Source: a virus (Duplodnaviria; Caudoviricetes). From it: a DNA stretch of 64,000 bases. The position numbers and the translations under genes are program-made. The notes beneath the pieces were generated by a model, which had not been told where the DNA came from, ran no database searches, and saw only the letters and a list, made by a program, of their open reading frames with translations. Position 1 is the first letter of the stretch. Every line of letters starts with the position of its first letter. Positions 8,752 to 17,583 of the stretch are shown here, piece by piece. Location: positions 13,722 to 77,721 of IMG/VR virus record IMGVR_UViG_3300010429_000981; one strand, written 5' to 3'.

Positions 8752-8923
8752 TTATGACGACATTGATGTTATTCAGAAAGTAATTGATTATTATGATGAA
8801 TATGTTGATGATTCTAATATTGGTAGACTAGAACATAAAGATTTACGTTATTTATCCTATCTTCCCAATAAAAATAAAAAATATAAAAAAAGTGCTTGCA
8901 TGGTTGAGCAAGAAAGACTATAA
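8738..8923 (+). CDS. hypothetical protein
   Basis: 61-aa ORF overlapping the upstream stop. Confidence 0.5.
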   Translation: MDKFDYDDIDVIQKVIDYYDEYVDDSNIGRLEHKDLRYLSYLPNKNKKYKKSACMVEQERL

Positions 8924-8959
8924 TATCTTTACTGACCCAACAACCCAACAGGAAACAAC

Positions 8960-9175
8960 ATGGACAAGTACACATACACTGATTCAGACTATAAAAATAT
9001 TACTGCAACTGAGGCTAGAAAACGATTTGGTGACATTGGAAAAAGTTTACGCGACATTAAGAAACGTAGATTTAGTGATGATGGGTGGAACAGTCAGGTT
9101 AAGGCCAATGTGTTTATTGGTTCTAAAGTGGGTGTTACCTTCGTATATAAACATTTTTATGGTGTTAAAATTTAA
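8960..9175 (+). CDS. hypothetical protein
   Basis: 71 aa, AGGA RBS. Confidence 0.55.
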   Translation: MDKYTYTDSDYKNITATEARKRFGDIGKSLRDIKKRRFSDDGWNSQVKANVFIGSKVGVTFVYKHFYGVKI

Positions 9176-9176
9176 C

Positions 9177-9533
9177 ATGGACAAATTATTTCTTTTTATC
9201 ATTGGGTTTCTGGGCGCGTATGTTCTAACACTTTTTTCCATTCAAAGTGTTGGTCTACATTATACTTCTATTATTGTGTTTATCACATTCTTAATAATGT
9301 ATAATATTGTTAGTTGGTATAAATCAGTTATTAACAAAACAGATAAGGAAGTTGCTACTAAAGAATTGGATATTTGGTTAGATCATGTCGAACAAGATTA
9401 TAAGAGAAATGATAATATTGATAGACAATTGGTTAATCCAATTTATTCTCATACTAAGGATCAATTGTTTACTCAAAGAGATAAGTATCTGAATAATTCA
9501 CTCAGGAAACTTATGTTCAAGAAACTATATTAA
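9177..9533 (+). CDS. membrane protein (2 predicted TM segments)
   Basis: Real start is probably ATG 9177 (MDKLFLFIIG), directly after the previous stop; the 8892 extension overlaps other genes. Confidence 0.55.
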   Translation: MDKLFLFIIGFLGAYVLTLFSIQSVGLHYTSIIVFITFLIMYNIVSWYKSVINKTDKEVATKELDIWLDHVEQDYKRNDNIDRQLVNPIYSHTKDQLFTQRDKYLNNSLRKLMFKKLY

Positions 9534-9545
9534 CATTTACTTATA

Positions 9546-9553
9546 TATAAATA
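9546..9553 (+). promoter_or_regulatory. T4-type late promoter
   Basis: Exact TATAAATA in an intergenic gap. Confidence 0.65.
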
Positions 9554-9564
9554 GGAATAGTAAC

Positions 9565-9741
9565 ATGGCAAAGATTAAATATCGTTTTTATGATGTTATA
9601 GTAGAATGTGATGTTATACAGGGGTATGTTGATAGGGTGTTAATCGAATTTCATAACCCCTATACTAATCAAAAGGTTGAAAAGTTAGTAGATTATAAAC
9701 GATTAATTTTTCCGCAGTTTTGTGATGTTGCTATTCCATAA
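9565..9741 (+). CDS. small hypothetical protein (58 aa)
   Basis: ATG 11 bp after the late promoter with AGGA RBS; MAKIKYRFYD...DVAIP*. Confidence 0.55.
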   Translation: MAKIKYRFYDVIVECDVIQGYVDRVLIEFHNPYTNQKVEKLVDYKRLIFPQFCDVAIP

Positions 9742-9761
9742 AATCAATAGGAGAAAAAAAG

Positions 9762-9860
9762 ATGTTTCAAATTTCTAAATACGCGGCTAGTTATTTTTGT
9801 TTATTTTGTGCTACATTTGCAGTCACATTAGGAGTAAATTATTTAATTTTTACTGTTTAA
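9762..9860 (+). CDS. small hydrophobic peptide (32 aa)
   Basis: AGGAG RBS; MFQISKYAASYFCLFCATFAVTLGVNYLIFTV*. Confidence 0.4.
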   Translation: MFQISKYAASYFCLFCATFAVTLGVNYLIFTV

Positions 9861-9890
9861 TAAATAATATATTAACTAAAGGGGATTACT

Positions 9891-10145
9891 ATGCCAATAT
9901 ATGAATTTAAGAATACTGATAGCGGGGAAGTGTTTGAAAAAAATATGACGTTTTCTGACAAAGAACAATATCTATCAGAGAATGAAAATATTAAATCACA
10001 TTTTTCAAAGTTTCCTGGTTTGTGTGATCCTGTTAGATTAGGTATTACTAAACCAAATGAAGGGTGGAAAGAAGTATTACAGAAGATTAATGAACGTACT
10101 CCCGGTGCTACTCTAAAAGATCATTCTAATCTTACTCGACTATAA
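9891..10145 (+). CDS. FmdB-like small protein of T4-like phages
   Basis: MPIYEFKNTDSGEVFE...GWKEVLQKI pattern; zinc-ribbon Cys residues absent; AATAAATA at 9859-9866. Confidence 0.65.
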   Translation: MPIYEFKNTDSGEVFEKNMTFSDKEQYLSENENIKSHFSKFPGLCDPVRLGITKPNEGWKEVLQKINERTPGATLKDHSNLTRL

Positions 10146-10147
10146 TT

Positions 10148-11089
10148 ATGATTACTTCTTTTAGAGATTGGAATAACGAATTTATCGGATTCGCTAATAG
10201 TGGTGGTAATCCTGATAATTATAAAGATTTTAATAGTTCGCCCGATTTAATGCTCGGTTATGGTGGTGGACCTCCTACTCCTGATCAATATCGCAATAAA
10301 ATTGATGAGAATCTTAATCCCAGAGAAAAATCAATAATTGTTAATACCGATAAAAATTATTTAGAAGATCCTGAGAAAGATAACAGAACAAATAAATATT
10401 CTCCTGAAGATATAGGAATTCCTAAAAAAGAATCGGTCAATTATGTTTTTCCATATTTTAATAATGAACACGTAAAACATATTAGATCATTATTAAACAA
10501 TACAGATACCTCACACCCCAAATATAATAGTATTCTTAATCATTATACTACTAATAGTTATAATCTAAATACTACGTTAATGGATTGTGATAGGAACAAT
10601 AAAAAACCACCAAATATTATTCGTGCTAATAATAATGCCAATTCTAAAATTGATATAAGAGAGTTAGACAAATTAATTAATCAGCATTTATTGCCTAATA
10701 GTATGACAGTATATTCAGGTATTCATTTCCACCCTCTTCAACATATGGGTAAAGTTGCTCGTTTACCTGCATATCTTTCTACGTCATTATCTCCACATGT
10801 TTCTAAGGATTTTGGTGTTAATACATATTATATGGATAAAAGTATGGATAAACATTTTGTAAAAAACATTTTAAGAATCCATTTACCAAAAGGTTTTCCT
10901 CATTTGTTTACTGATCCATCTAGTAATTCACCAGGACAAGGAGAATTAATTTTGCCCAGAAATATGAAAATGCAATTAGGGCAACAACCTACACATGCTA
11001 TAATCGGAACTTTTAGTAACCATTTTACTAACAAAGATAGTACCGAACAATCCATTTATCACATTTGGACCGGAAGAATATTACCATGA
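10148..11089 (+). CDS. ADP-ribosyltransferase-like protein 2
   Basis: YTTNSYNLN, TVYSG, YLSTSLS, QGELILPRN; clear paralog of 2631-3593. Confidence 0.8.
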   Translation: MITSFRDWNNEFIGFANSGGNPDNYKDFNSSPDLMLGYGGGPPTPDQYRNKIDENLNPREKSIIVNTDKNYLEDPEKDNRTNKYSPEDIGIPKKESVNYVFPYFNNEHVKHIRSLLNNTDTSHPKYNSILNHYTTNSYNLNTTLMDCDRNNKKPPNIIRANNNANSKIDIRELDKLINQHLLPNSMTVYSGIHFHPLQHMGKVARLPAYLSTSLSPHVSKDFGVNTYYMDKSMDKHFVKNILRIHLPKGFPHLFTDPSSNSPGQGELILPRNMKMQLGQQPTHAIIGTFSNHFTNKDSTEQSIYHIWTGRILP

Positions 11090-12027
11090 TTAATAAATCA
11101 TTCAAGGAATATATTAACAATAAAGAATCATTAGTTTTTGCTAATAGTGGCGGACATAAAGATCAATACAAAGATTTTAATAATCAATCAAATTTAGTAT
11201 ATGCTAATAGTGGCGGACCTAAAGATCAGCATAAAGAGTTTACCGATGAAAAAATTCTAATTAAGGAAAATCTTAATCCTAAGAATGGTCCGGTAATTAT
11301 TAATAGTGCGAATAGATGGCTTAGAGATCCTGAAAAATCAGATACTGCATCAGATCATATTCCGCATAGTTTAGGAATACCTTCTTATCATGGTGCTCCT
11401 TATGTATTTCCTGATTATACACAAGAACAAGCAAAACACGTAAAAGCATTATTAGATAATACTAAGGTAAGTGATACCTATTATACTTTAATGCATAATT
11501 ATACTGCGGGTAGTGCTCAATTAAATTCCGAGTTATTTCATGCGGCCAAGAATAACAAACCCACACCTATTTTTGTAGATGGTATGGATGTTGGTGATTT
11601 AGATGGATTAATTAAAAAACACACTTTACCGCATGATATGACTGTTTATACAGGAACTCATTTTAAGCCTTCTGAACATATGGGAAAGATAGTAAGATTT
11701 CCAGCGTTTACTTCTACTTCATTAACACCTCATGTATCTAAAGAATTTGGTGTATATGAACTTAGTGGGCACGAATATGATGGAACAAGACAATCACATA
11801 TTAATATACTGAGGATTAATTTACCTAAAGGGTTTAATCATGTATTTACTGATCCAGGTAGTGTTTATCCAGGTCAATCAGAACTCATTCTACCCAGAAA
11901 TATAAGAATGCAAATAGGTCAAACTCCTACTCATATTATTCATGGAAGTTTTTATGATCATTTTGATAGACACCAATATAGCGATCAACATTTTCATATT
12001 TGGAATGCCAGAATATTACCCAATTAG
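11086..12027 (+). CDS. ADP-ribosyltransferase-like protein 3
   Basis: ATG 11086 overlaps the previous TGA; YTAGSAQLN, TVYTG, FTSTSLT, QSELILPRN. Confidence 0.8.
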   Translation: MINKSFKEYINNKESLVFANSGGHKDQYKDFNNQSNLVYANSGGPKDQHKEFTDEKILIKENLNPKNGPVIINSANRWLRDPEKSDTASDHIPHSLGIPSYHGAPYVFPDYTQEQAKHVKALLDNTKVSDTYYTLMHNYTAGSAQLNSELFHAAKNNKPTPIFVDGMDVGDLDGLIKKHTLPHDMTVYTGTHFKPSEHMGKIVRFPAFTSTSLTPHVSKEFGVYELSGHEYDGTRQSHINILRINLPKGFNHVFTDPGSVYPGQSELILPRNIRMQIGQTPTHIIHGSFYDHFDRHQYSDQHFHIWNARILPN

Positions 12028-12035
12028 GTTATTAA

Positions 12036-12908
12036 ATGACTATTAAAAAAACTTATAAACAATTAAAAAATAATTTACCCGTAGGTTATGGTTCTATTGG
12101 TAATCGAGAACATATTCCTATTGAAAACAATGATAATATTCCTATTGGGTACGGAAGTATTAGTAATAGACCACAAATTGATATGAATAAAACAATTAAT
12201 GAATGGGCATATGATAATGCTATTCCCCATTCTGAATATGAAAAAGATCCAGAAAAGTTTGCCCATGTTACTCATGAAGACCCTGATGCTTGGGGATTTT
12301 ATGGGATGGAAGATGAACTAAACAAGCATTATGGTAATCATAATGACCAAAAAAGAACGGATTTTTATCATTATACTAACGGAAGTTTTTTATTAAATCG
12401 TAATTTAATAAAACTTCACAAACAAGAAGAACCAGAGTATAATTCTTTTATTAGTTCCCATGATGATATTAGAAAATTAGCGAGTTTAACTGATAAAACT
12501 TTAGATAAATATTCTAATCCTGCTCCTAAAGATTTTCATGTTTATACCGGAATAGGCCCATCGTTACATATTCACGATCATAGAGAGAATGTGGGCGATA
12601 GAATGTTATTTCCTGCTTATACTTCTACCTCATTACACCCTCCAGTAACTACGGATTTTGCTAAACTTGGAAAAAATCCTATTAAAAAATATGGGGAAAT
12701 AGTACGAATTCATATACCCAAAGATTCTACTTATGGTTCATATTTAGGCCCTACTGGATTACATCATAACGAATTTGAATATCTATTACATCGTGGAACT
12801 TTATTGCATTTTATGGGATCACCTAGAATAGTAAAATTCCGCAATAGTATCAACCCATTAATGATTCATGATGCTAAAATTATTAAACAAATTAGGAACC
12901 CCCTATGA
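12036..12908 (+). CDS. ADP-ribosyltransferase-like protein 4
   Basis: YTNGSFLLN, HVYTG, YTSTSLH, EFEYLLHRG. Confidence 0.8.
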   Translation: MTIKKTYKQLKNNLPVGYGSIGNREHIPIENNDNIPIGYGSISNRPQIDMNKTINEWAYDNAIPHSEYEKDPEKFAHVTHEDPDAWGFYGMEDELNKHYGNHNDQKRTDFYHYTNGSFLLNRNLIKLHKQEEPEYNSFISSHDDIRKLASLTDKTLDKYSNPAPKDFHVYTGIGPSLHIHDHRENVGDRMLFPAYTSTSLHPPVTTDFAKLGKNPIKKYGEIVRIHIPKDSTYGSYLGPTGLHHNEFEYLLHRGTLLHFMGSPRIVKFRNSINPLMIHDAKIIKQIRNPL

Positions 12909-13726
12909 TAAAATTTAGAGATTTTTATAATCATGAAACATTACCTATTGGTTATGGTAATATTAGTAATAGAAATCCATTTGGTTATAATATTAATGAA
13001 TGGGTCTATGATACCGGTATTTCCAGAGATGAATATGAACAACATAAAAGATTTTTTGCTAATCATTTTCATTATGACGGTAACATTAATAGAAAACAAG
13101 AATCAGAACTTAATGGTGAATTAGAACATCATTATCATGGTCCCTATAATCATGAGCAAAAAAAAGAAGATTTTAGTCTTTATACCGGAATGGCTAGTCA
13201 CTCAGTAAATACATTATTAATTAAAGCACATCAAAGATTACCTTATAAAAGTGATATATTTAGTAATCAAGAGTTATATGAAATAGCACACGCAAATGAT
13301 GATTTTATGCAACATTATATGCAAAAAGCACCTAAAGATTTCCATGTGTATACCGGAATAGGGCCAGATTTAGATATTGATTCTACCAGAAAAACACGTA
13401 GTAATAGAATGTTTTATCCTGCATTTACCTCTGCTTCTATTAACCCTAAAGTTGCTCTGGGATTTTCTACCAATCAAAAAGTTAAAGGACCAGAAAAGAA
13501 ATATCGAGAAGTAGTTAGAATTCATATTCCTAAAAATTCTACTCATGGGATTTATCTAGGTTCTACTGGCTTGGGTAATTCTACTGATCATGAAGGTGAA
13601 TTTTTAATTAACCGCAGAACTATTATGCAATATATGGGTGAACCTAGAATAAGTAGATTAGGAATAAATCAAGACCCTGTTTTAGTCCATGATGCCAGAA
13701 TTATTAAACAATACCCAGTAAAATAA
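12905..13726 (+). CDS. ADP-ribosyltransferase-like protein 5
   Basis: YTGMASHSVN, HVYTG, FTSASIN, EGEFLINRR; ATGA overlap with ART4. Confidence 0.78.
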   Translation: MIKFRDFYNHETLPIGYGNISNRNPFGYNINEWVYDTGISRDEYEQHKRFFANHFHYDGNINRKQESELNGELEHHYHGPYNHEQKKEDFSLYTGMASHSVNTLLIKAHQRLPYKSDIFSNQELYEIAHANDDFMQHYMQKAPKDFHVYTGIGPDLDIDSTRKTRSNRMFYPAFTSASINPKVALGFSTNQKVKGPEKKYREVVRIHIPKNSTHGIYLGSTGLGNSTDHEGEFLINRRTIMQYMGEPRISRLGINQDPVLVHDARIIKQYPVK

Positions 13727-14376
13727 TGAAAAACTTTATTTATCATGATATTAAAGAAATTGAACAAATTAATTCAGAGAACGGTAGAAAATATAAATTA
13801 CCCTCTAAACTAATAGTTCCATCGGTTACTAATGTATGTGGATTATTAGGACGAGAATCTATTAAAGAATGGCGTAATAAAGTAGGAGAACAAGCGGCTA
13901 ATAGAATTTCTAACATTGCTTCTAGCAGAGGTACTAGAATTCATACTTTATCAGAAAAATATCTTAAATCAGAGGCGTATGATATTGATGATAATGATAT
14001 TAAAGTATTCAATTCTATGATTCCAGAGTTAAATAAGATAGATAATATTCATGCGCTAGAAACAAGATTATATTCAGAGAAATTAAAAGTAGCAGGAACA
14101 GTAGATATCATTGCTGAATATGATAATCAATTATCTACTATTGATATTAAAACATCATCAAAACCAAAACGTAAAGATTGGATCAGTAATTATTTTTTCC
14201 AAACTGCTTCTTATTCATTTATGTTTACTGAATTAACTGGAATATCAATAAAAAATATGGTAATTATTATTGGAGTAGATAATAACAAACCACAAATATT
14301 CAGGGAAAAAGTTATTGAATGGTTCCCTGGTTTTATTAATCTTAGAAAACAATTTAGAGAGGAGTATGGATATTGA
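13726..14376 (+). CDS. PD-(D/E)xK exonuclease, Cas4-like/MGME1-like
   Basis: PSVT, RGTRIH, VAGTVD, IDIKTS, Q..SY motifs typical of the T4-like phage exonuclease. Confidence 0.8.
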   Translation: MKNFIYHDIKEIEQINSENGRKYKLPSKLIVPSVTNVCGLLGRESIKEWRNKVGEQAANRISNIASSRGTRIHTLSEKYLKSEAYDIDDNDIKVFNSMIPELNKIDNIHALETRLYSEKLKVAGTVDIIAEYDNQLSTIDIKTSSKPKRKDWISNYFFQTASYSFMFTELTGISIKNMVIIIGVDNNKPQIFREKVIEWFPGFINLRKQFREEYGY

Positions 14377-14603
14377 TTTCTTATAGCACACTTAAAGAAC
14401 AACTAAATGTTCCAGTAAAAAACATTGAAACATTAGCAAAACAACATAATAAACCATTAGACTATATGCAAAAACAATTAAAAACAGGTATTGCAGTAGA
14501 AAAAGAACATTCTAAAGATCATAATACCGCTGAAAAAATTGCCCTAGCACATTTAGGAGAAAAACATGATTATTATATTAAATTACGGAAATATGTAGAG
14601 TAA
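14373..14603 (+). CDS. DUF5661-like small protein
   Basis: GIAVEKEH...IALAHLGE..DYY..L motif; TTG start after GAGGAG. Confidence 0.65.
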   Translation: MISYSTLKEQLNVPVKNIETLAKQHNKPLDYMQKQLKTGIAVEKEHSKDHNTAEKIALAHLGEKHDYYIKLRKYVE

Positions 14604-14696
14604 TAAATAGTAGTACACCGCTTACAAAGGAATTATAAACCCCTTATGACTCGCAGATAATCTATAAAGATTATCAATTCTTAAATAAATCATTAC

Positions 14697-14725
14697 TTGA
14701 CATTATACATTTTTTATAGTATAAT
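14697..14725 (+). promoter_or_regulatory. consensus sigma70 promoter
   Basis: TTGACA, 17-bp spacer, TATAAT. Confidence 0.8.
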
Positions 14726-14792
14726 ATTTTCTTCAGTAATGATTATAAAAATCAGTTACATAACAGATTTTTTACAAACAGGAGGTAACTCT

Positions 14793-15224
14793 ATGCGTAA
14801 ACTATTTAGTATATTATTATTATTAAGTATCAGTGACTTATCATTTGCAAAAATAAACAATTCATCTAAAAAACAAATAGAGTGTTTAGCGCACAATATT
14901 TATCACGAAAGTAGAGGAGAACCCTATAAAGGTAGATTATCAGTTGGCATGGTAGTAATGAATAGAACAAAAAGTGGTAAATATCCAGAGGATGTTTGTT
15001 CTGTTATTAATCAAAAAGGACAATTTTCATGGGTAGGTAAAAAGAAAAAAACCAATGATATTGTTGCTTTTAATGATAGTAAAGAAATAGCGGAATATGT
15101 TTATCACAACCATGATAAAATTGATGATCCTACTCATGGTGCTTTATACTTTAATTCGGGTAAAACTAAAAAATGGAAACTCAAGAACCTTACTGTAATA
15201 GGTAAACATAAATTTTATAAATGA
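14793..15224 (+). CDS. SleB-like cell wall hydrolase (Hydrolase_2) with signal peptide
   Basis: CLAHNIYHESRGE, VVMNR, QFSW, GALYF, HKFY; start at ATG 14793 after GGAGG. Confidence 0.85.
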   Translation: MRKLFSILLLLSISDLSFAKINNSSKKQIECLAHNIYHESRGEPYKGRLSVGMVVMNRTKSGKYPEDVCSVINQKGQFSWVGKKKKTNDIVAFNDSKEIAEYVYHNHDKIDDPTHGALYFNSGKTKKWKLKNLTVIGKHKFYK

Positions 15225-15236
15225 GGGATATGTTAT

Positions 15237-15818
15237 ATGAATCTAGCAATACCAGTACAGCCCATTATTCAACATCAGAATTATATTAATAGTGTAGATA
15301 AGTATTCAAAAAAATATAATATTTTTCTGGATTCTGATATTGGAGAACCCTCTGATTATAGAGATTTTTTAACTATTTTATTTAACAGTTCTAATGTTGA
15401 TGAGATTCATATTTACATTAATTGTTTTGGTGGTAATTTAGATACTACTTTATCATTAGTAGAGGGTATTAAATCATCCCCTGCTAAAGTAACTGCAATA
15501 TTAATGGGTCCATGTCATTCTGCTGCCTCTATTATCGCTCTAAATTGCGATGAAATTGTAATTTTAGATAATGCCTATGCCATGATTCATACTGCTTCTA
15601 TGGGTTATTCTGGTAATGTTGGTAATATTAAAAGTCATACCGATTTTGCTGTTAATCAAATAGAAAAATTAATAACCTCTACTTATGAAGGTTTTCTTAC
15701 CCCAGAAGAATTAGATAAAGTAAAATCTGGTTCTGAACTTTGGTTTAATGCTAAAGAACTTAGAAAACGTATCAAAAATAAATATAAACTATTAAAGAAG
15801 CAAAGCAAAAATGTATAA
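15237..15818 (+). CDS. ClpP-like serine protease
   Basis: INCFGG, CHSAAS (catalytic Ser), MIH, ELWF motifs. Confidence 0.75.
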   Translation: MNLAIPVQPIIQHQNYINSVDKYSKKYNIFLDSDIGEPSDYRDFLTILFNSSNVDEIHIYINCFGGNLDTTLSLVEGIKSSPAKVTAILMGPCHSAASIIALNCDEIVILDNAYAMIHTASMGYSGNVGNIKSHTDFAVNQIEKLITSTYEGFLTPEELDKVKSGSELWFNAKELRKRIKNKYKLLKKQSKNV

Positions 15819-16065
15819 TGTCTATAATTGCAATTTATTAATCTATAAAGAAAAAGATTTAAGTAAACTATATTCTTTATTAAAACCATTATCAAATTTT
15901 ATGGTTATTAATTACAAATGGAATGGTGGCAAAATTATTAAGGAAAATGGAATAATTCGTTATGAATATTTTGATGAACAAACTATTCTTCCATTAGATG
16001 CCACATTAATTATTTGCGTATTAAATGCTTATAAAAAACGCAAATTAGAAAATATCAATAAGTAA
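15811..16065 (+). CDS. hypothetical protein
   Basis: 84-aa ORF overlapping the upstream stop. Confidence 0.5.
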   Translation: MYNVYNCNLLIYKEKDLSKLYSLLKPLSNFMVINYKWNGGKIIKENGIIRYEYFDEQTILPLDATLIICVLNAYKKRKLENINK

Positions 16066-16135
16066 TTCTGTTTATTGATATTAGTAGTAAGTGAAATCTA
16101 TATTATATAATTAAACAAAAACCGAGGAAAATCTT

Positions 16136-16717
16136 ATGATTAAACATCTAGTATTAACTACAGCACTAATTTCCACACCTATCTATGCCAATATTTTTAC
16201 TGGCGCAGATTATACTTATTATAGTGGTGTTGGGAAAAACTCTGCCTACAGTGCTAATGCTTATTCACTCAATTTTGGTGGAAAAGTGTATGATTCTAAA
16301 CTTGATTCAGTAACTCTCGATCTTAGAACTGAATATCAAGATATTACTGATACCGATACATCAGTAAACCAATTAGAAGGTGGAGCATCTTATCTCTATA
16401 ATCTTAATTCTGATTGGGGAATTGGTGGCAGAATTGGTCTAGGTAATAATTGGGTATCCAATATTACTAAAACTGATTTTCAATATTACTCAGTACAACC
16501 AGAAGTTAAATATTATCCATCAAAGGATTCTTCTGTAGGAGTCGCCTATAGATTCCGTGATAGTTTTGATACAGAGGATAATTATCAAACAAACGCCTTT
16601 AGATTAAATGGCGAATATGCTTTCGATAATCATAACTCTATTGTTGGTGGATACGACTACAGCATTGGAGATGTGGAGTATAATGCCTTCAAAGTAGGCT
16701 ATCTAGCACGTTTCTAA
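16136..16717 (+). CDS. outer-membrane beta-barrel protein
   Basis: Signal peptide (MIKHLVLTTALISTPIYA), alternating aromatic/Gly strands, C-terminal VGYLARF (BAM-type terminal Phe). Confidence 0.75.
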   Translation: MIKHLVLTTALISTPIYANIFTGADYTYYSGVGKNSAYSANAYSLNFGGKVYDSKLDSVTLDLRTEYQDITDTDTSVNQLEGGASYLYNLNSDWGIGGRIGLGNNWVSNITKTDFQYYSVQPEVKYYPSKDSSVGVAYRFRDSFDTEDNYQTNAFRLNGEYAFDNHNSIVGGYDYSIGDVEYNAFKVGYLARF

Positions 16718-16774
16718 TATAAAAAATAGGGATATTTGGTACAAGGATGTATCTTTTCTTTTGTCTCATAAATA

Positions 16775-16834
16775 CCACAAAAATATCTGTTGACTAGGGT
16801 TCATATTTATTTTATAATATCTTTACTGAATCAA
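16775..16834 (+). promoter_or_regulatory. repeated early promoter, copy 1
   Basis: CCACAAAAATATCTG-TTGACT(16790)-17 bp-TATAAT(16813)-ATCTTTACTGAATCAA. Confidence 0.85.
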
Positions 16835-16850
16835 GCAACGGGACATTATA

Positions 16851-17036
16851 ATGAGTAAAATTTCAATTAGTAAAAATGAGTGGTACCCAGTTTATACATT
16901 GGATACTGAACCCGCTTCATATGAAAAACAAATAGAAGTTTCTGCCGAATTAATCGAGGAATATTCTTCCGTTTTAGAACACTTTAATGAATTACAACAA
17001 ACAATCAAATCTTTATTTAACGAATTTTATACTTAA
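16851..17036 (+). CDS. hypothetical early protein
   Basis: 61 aa directly downstream of promoter copy 1. Confidence 0.6.
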   Translation: MSKISISKNEWYPVYTLDTEPASYEKQIEVSAELIEEYSSVLEHFNELQQTIKSLFNEFYT

Positions 17037-17058
17037 CTTTTAATAATAATATCAATTA

Positions 17059-17104
17059 GTTGACTAAGGTTCGTATTTATTCTATAATATCTTTACTGAA
17101 TCAA
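17059..17104 (+). promoter_or_regulatory. repeated early promoter, copy 2
   Basis: G-TTGACT(17060)-17 bp-TATAAT(17083)-ATCTTTACTGAATCAA, near-identical to copies 1 and 3. Confidence 0.85.
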
Positions 17105-17119
17105 AAAACGGATACCTAC

Positions 17120-17326
17120 ATGAAAATTTACTTCAAGGTTAATACAACTATTGAATCTGAAGATATTACTGATGCATTGGAAAAAATAGGTAATTATTTT
17201 TTATCTTATAGTTCTAATCTGAAGTTAGATACAGATGAAACCCCAGAAAATATTTTTAACACTGGCTCTTTCATAATTAGTGCCGAAGATAAATCTCAAA
17301 ATTTTGTTATTGACTATACGGTATGA
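17120..17326 (+). CDS. hypothetical early protein
   Basis: ATG 17120; the ORF-track TTG start is the -35 box itself. Confidence 0.6.
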   Translation: MKIYFKVNTTIESEDITDALEKIGNYFLSYSSNLKLDTDETPENIFNTGSFIISAEDKSQNFVIDYTV

Positions 17327-17583
17327 ATATGCAAAAATCTATCAAAATCACCCGTACACATATTACTATTAAAACCCCAATTTGGGAACTAACCTCTGGT
17401 ATTAATTGGAGTGGCTTTATGATTTTTCGTAATACTGGAAATGGTTGGTACGCACATAACAACACTTTTTATTGGATCAGATTTAATTCTTTAGATGGAT
17501 ATGGAATTACACCCAAAACCTTGGCTAATATTATACGGTATATGGATCATTTTTATAAAACAGAATTAATCGGCAAAGTATGA
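17323..17583 (+). CDS. hypothetical protein
   Basis: ATGA overlap; aromatic-rich 86 aa. Confidence 0.55.
   Translation: MNMQKSIKITRTHITIKTPIWELTSGINWSGFMIFRNTGNGWYAHNNTFYWIRFNSLDGYGITPKTLANIIRYMDHFYKTELIGKV

Noticed and set aside
13726..14376. Cas4-like nuclease as a sign of a CRISPR system
   Set aside because: No repeat-spacer array or other cas genes are visible; this exonuclease is common in T4-like phages.
14697..14792. ORF-track N-terminal extensions (also 17060, 18434, 8892, 4205, 11065)
   Set aside because: The TTG/GTG starts coincide with promoter boxes or overlap other genes; downstream ATGs with RBS or stop-start coupling fit better.
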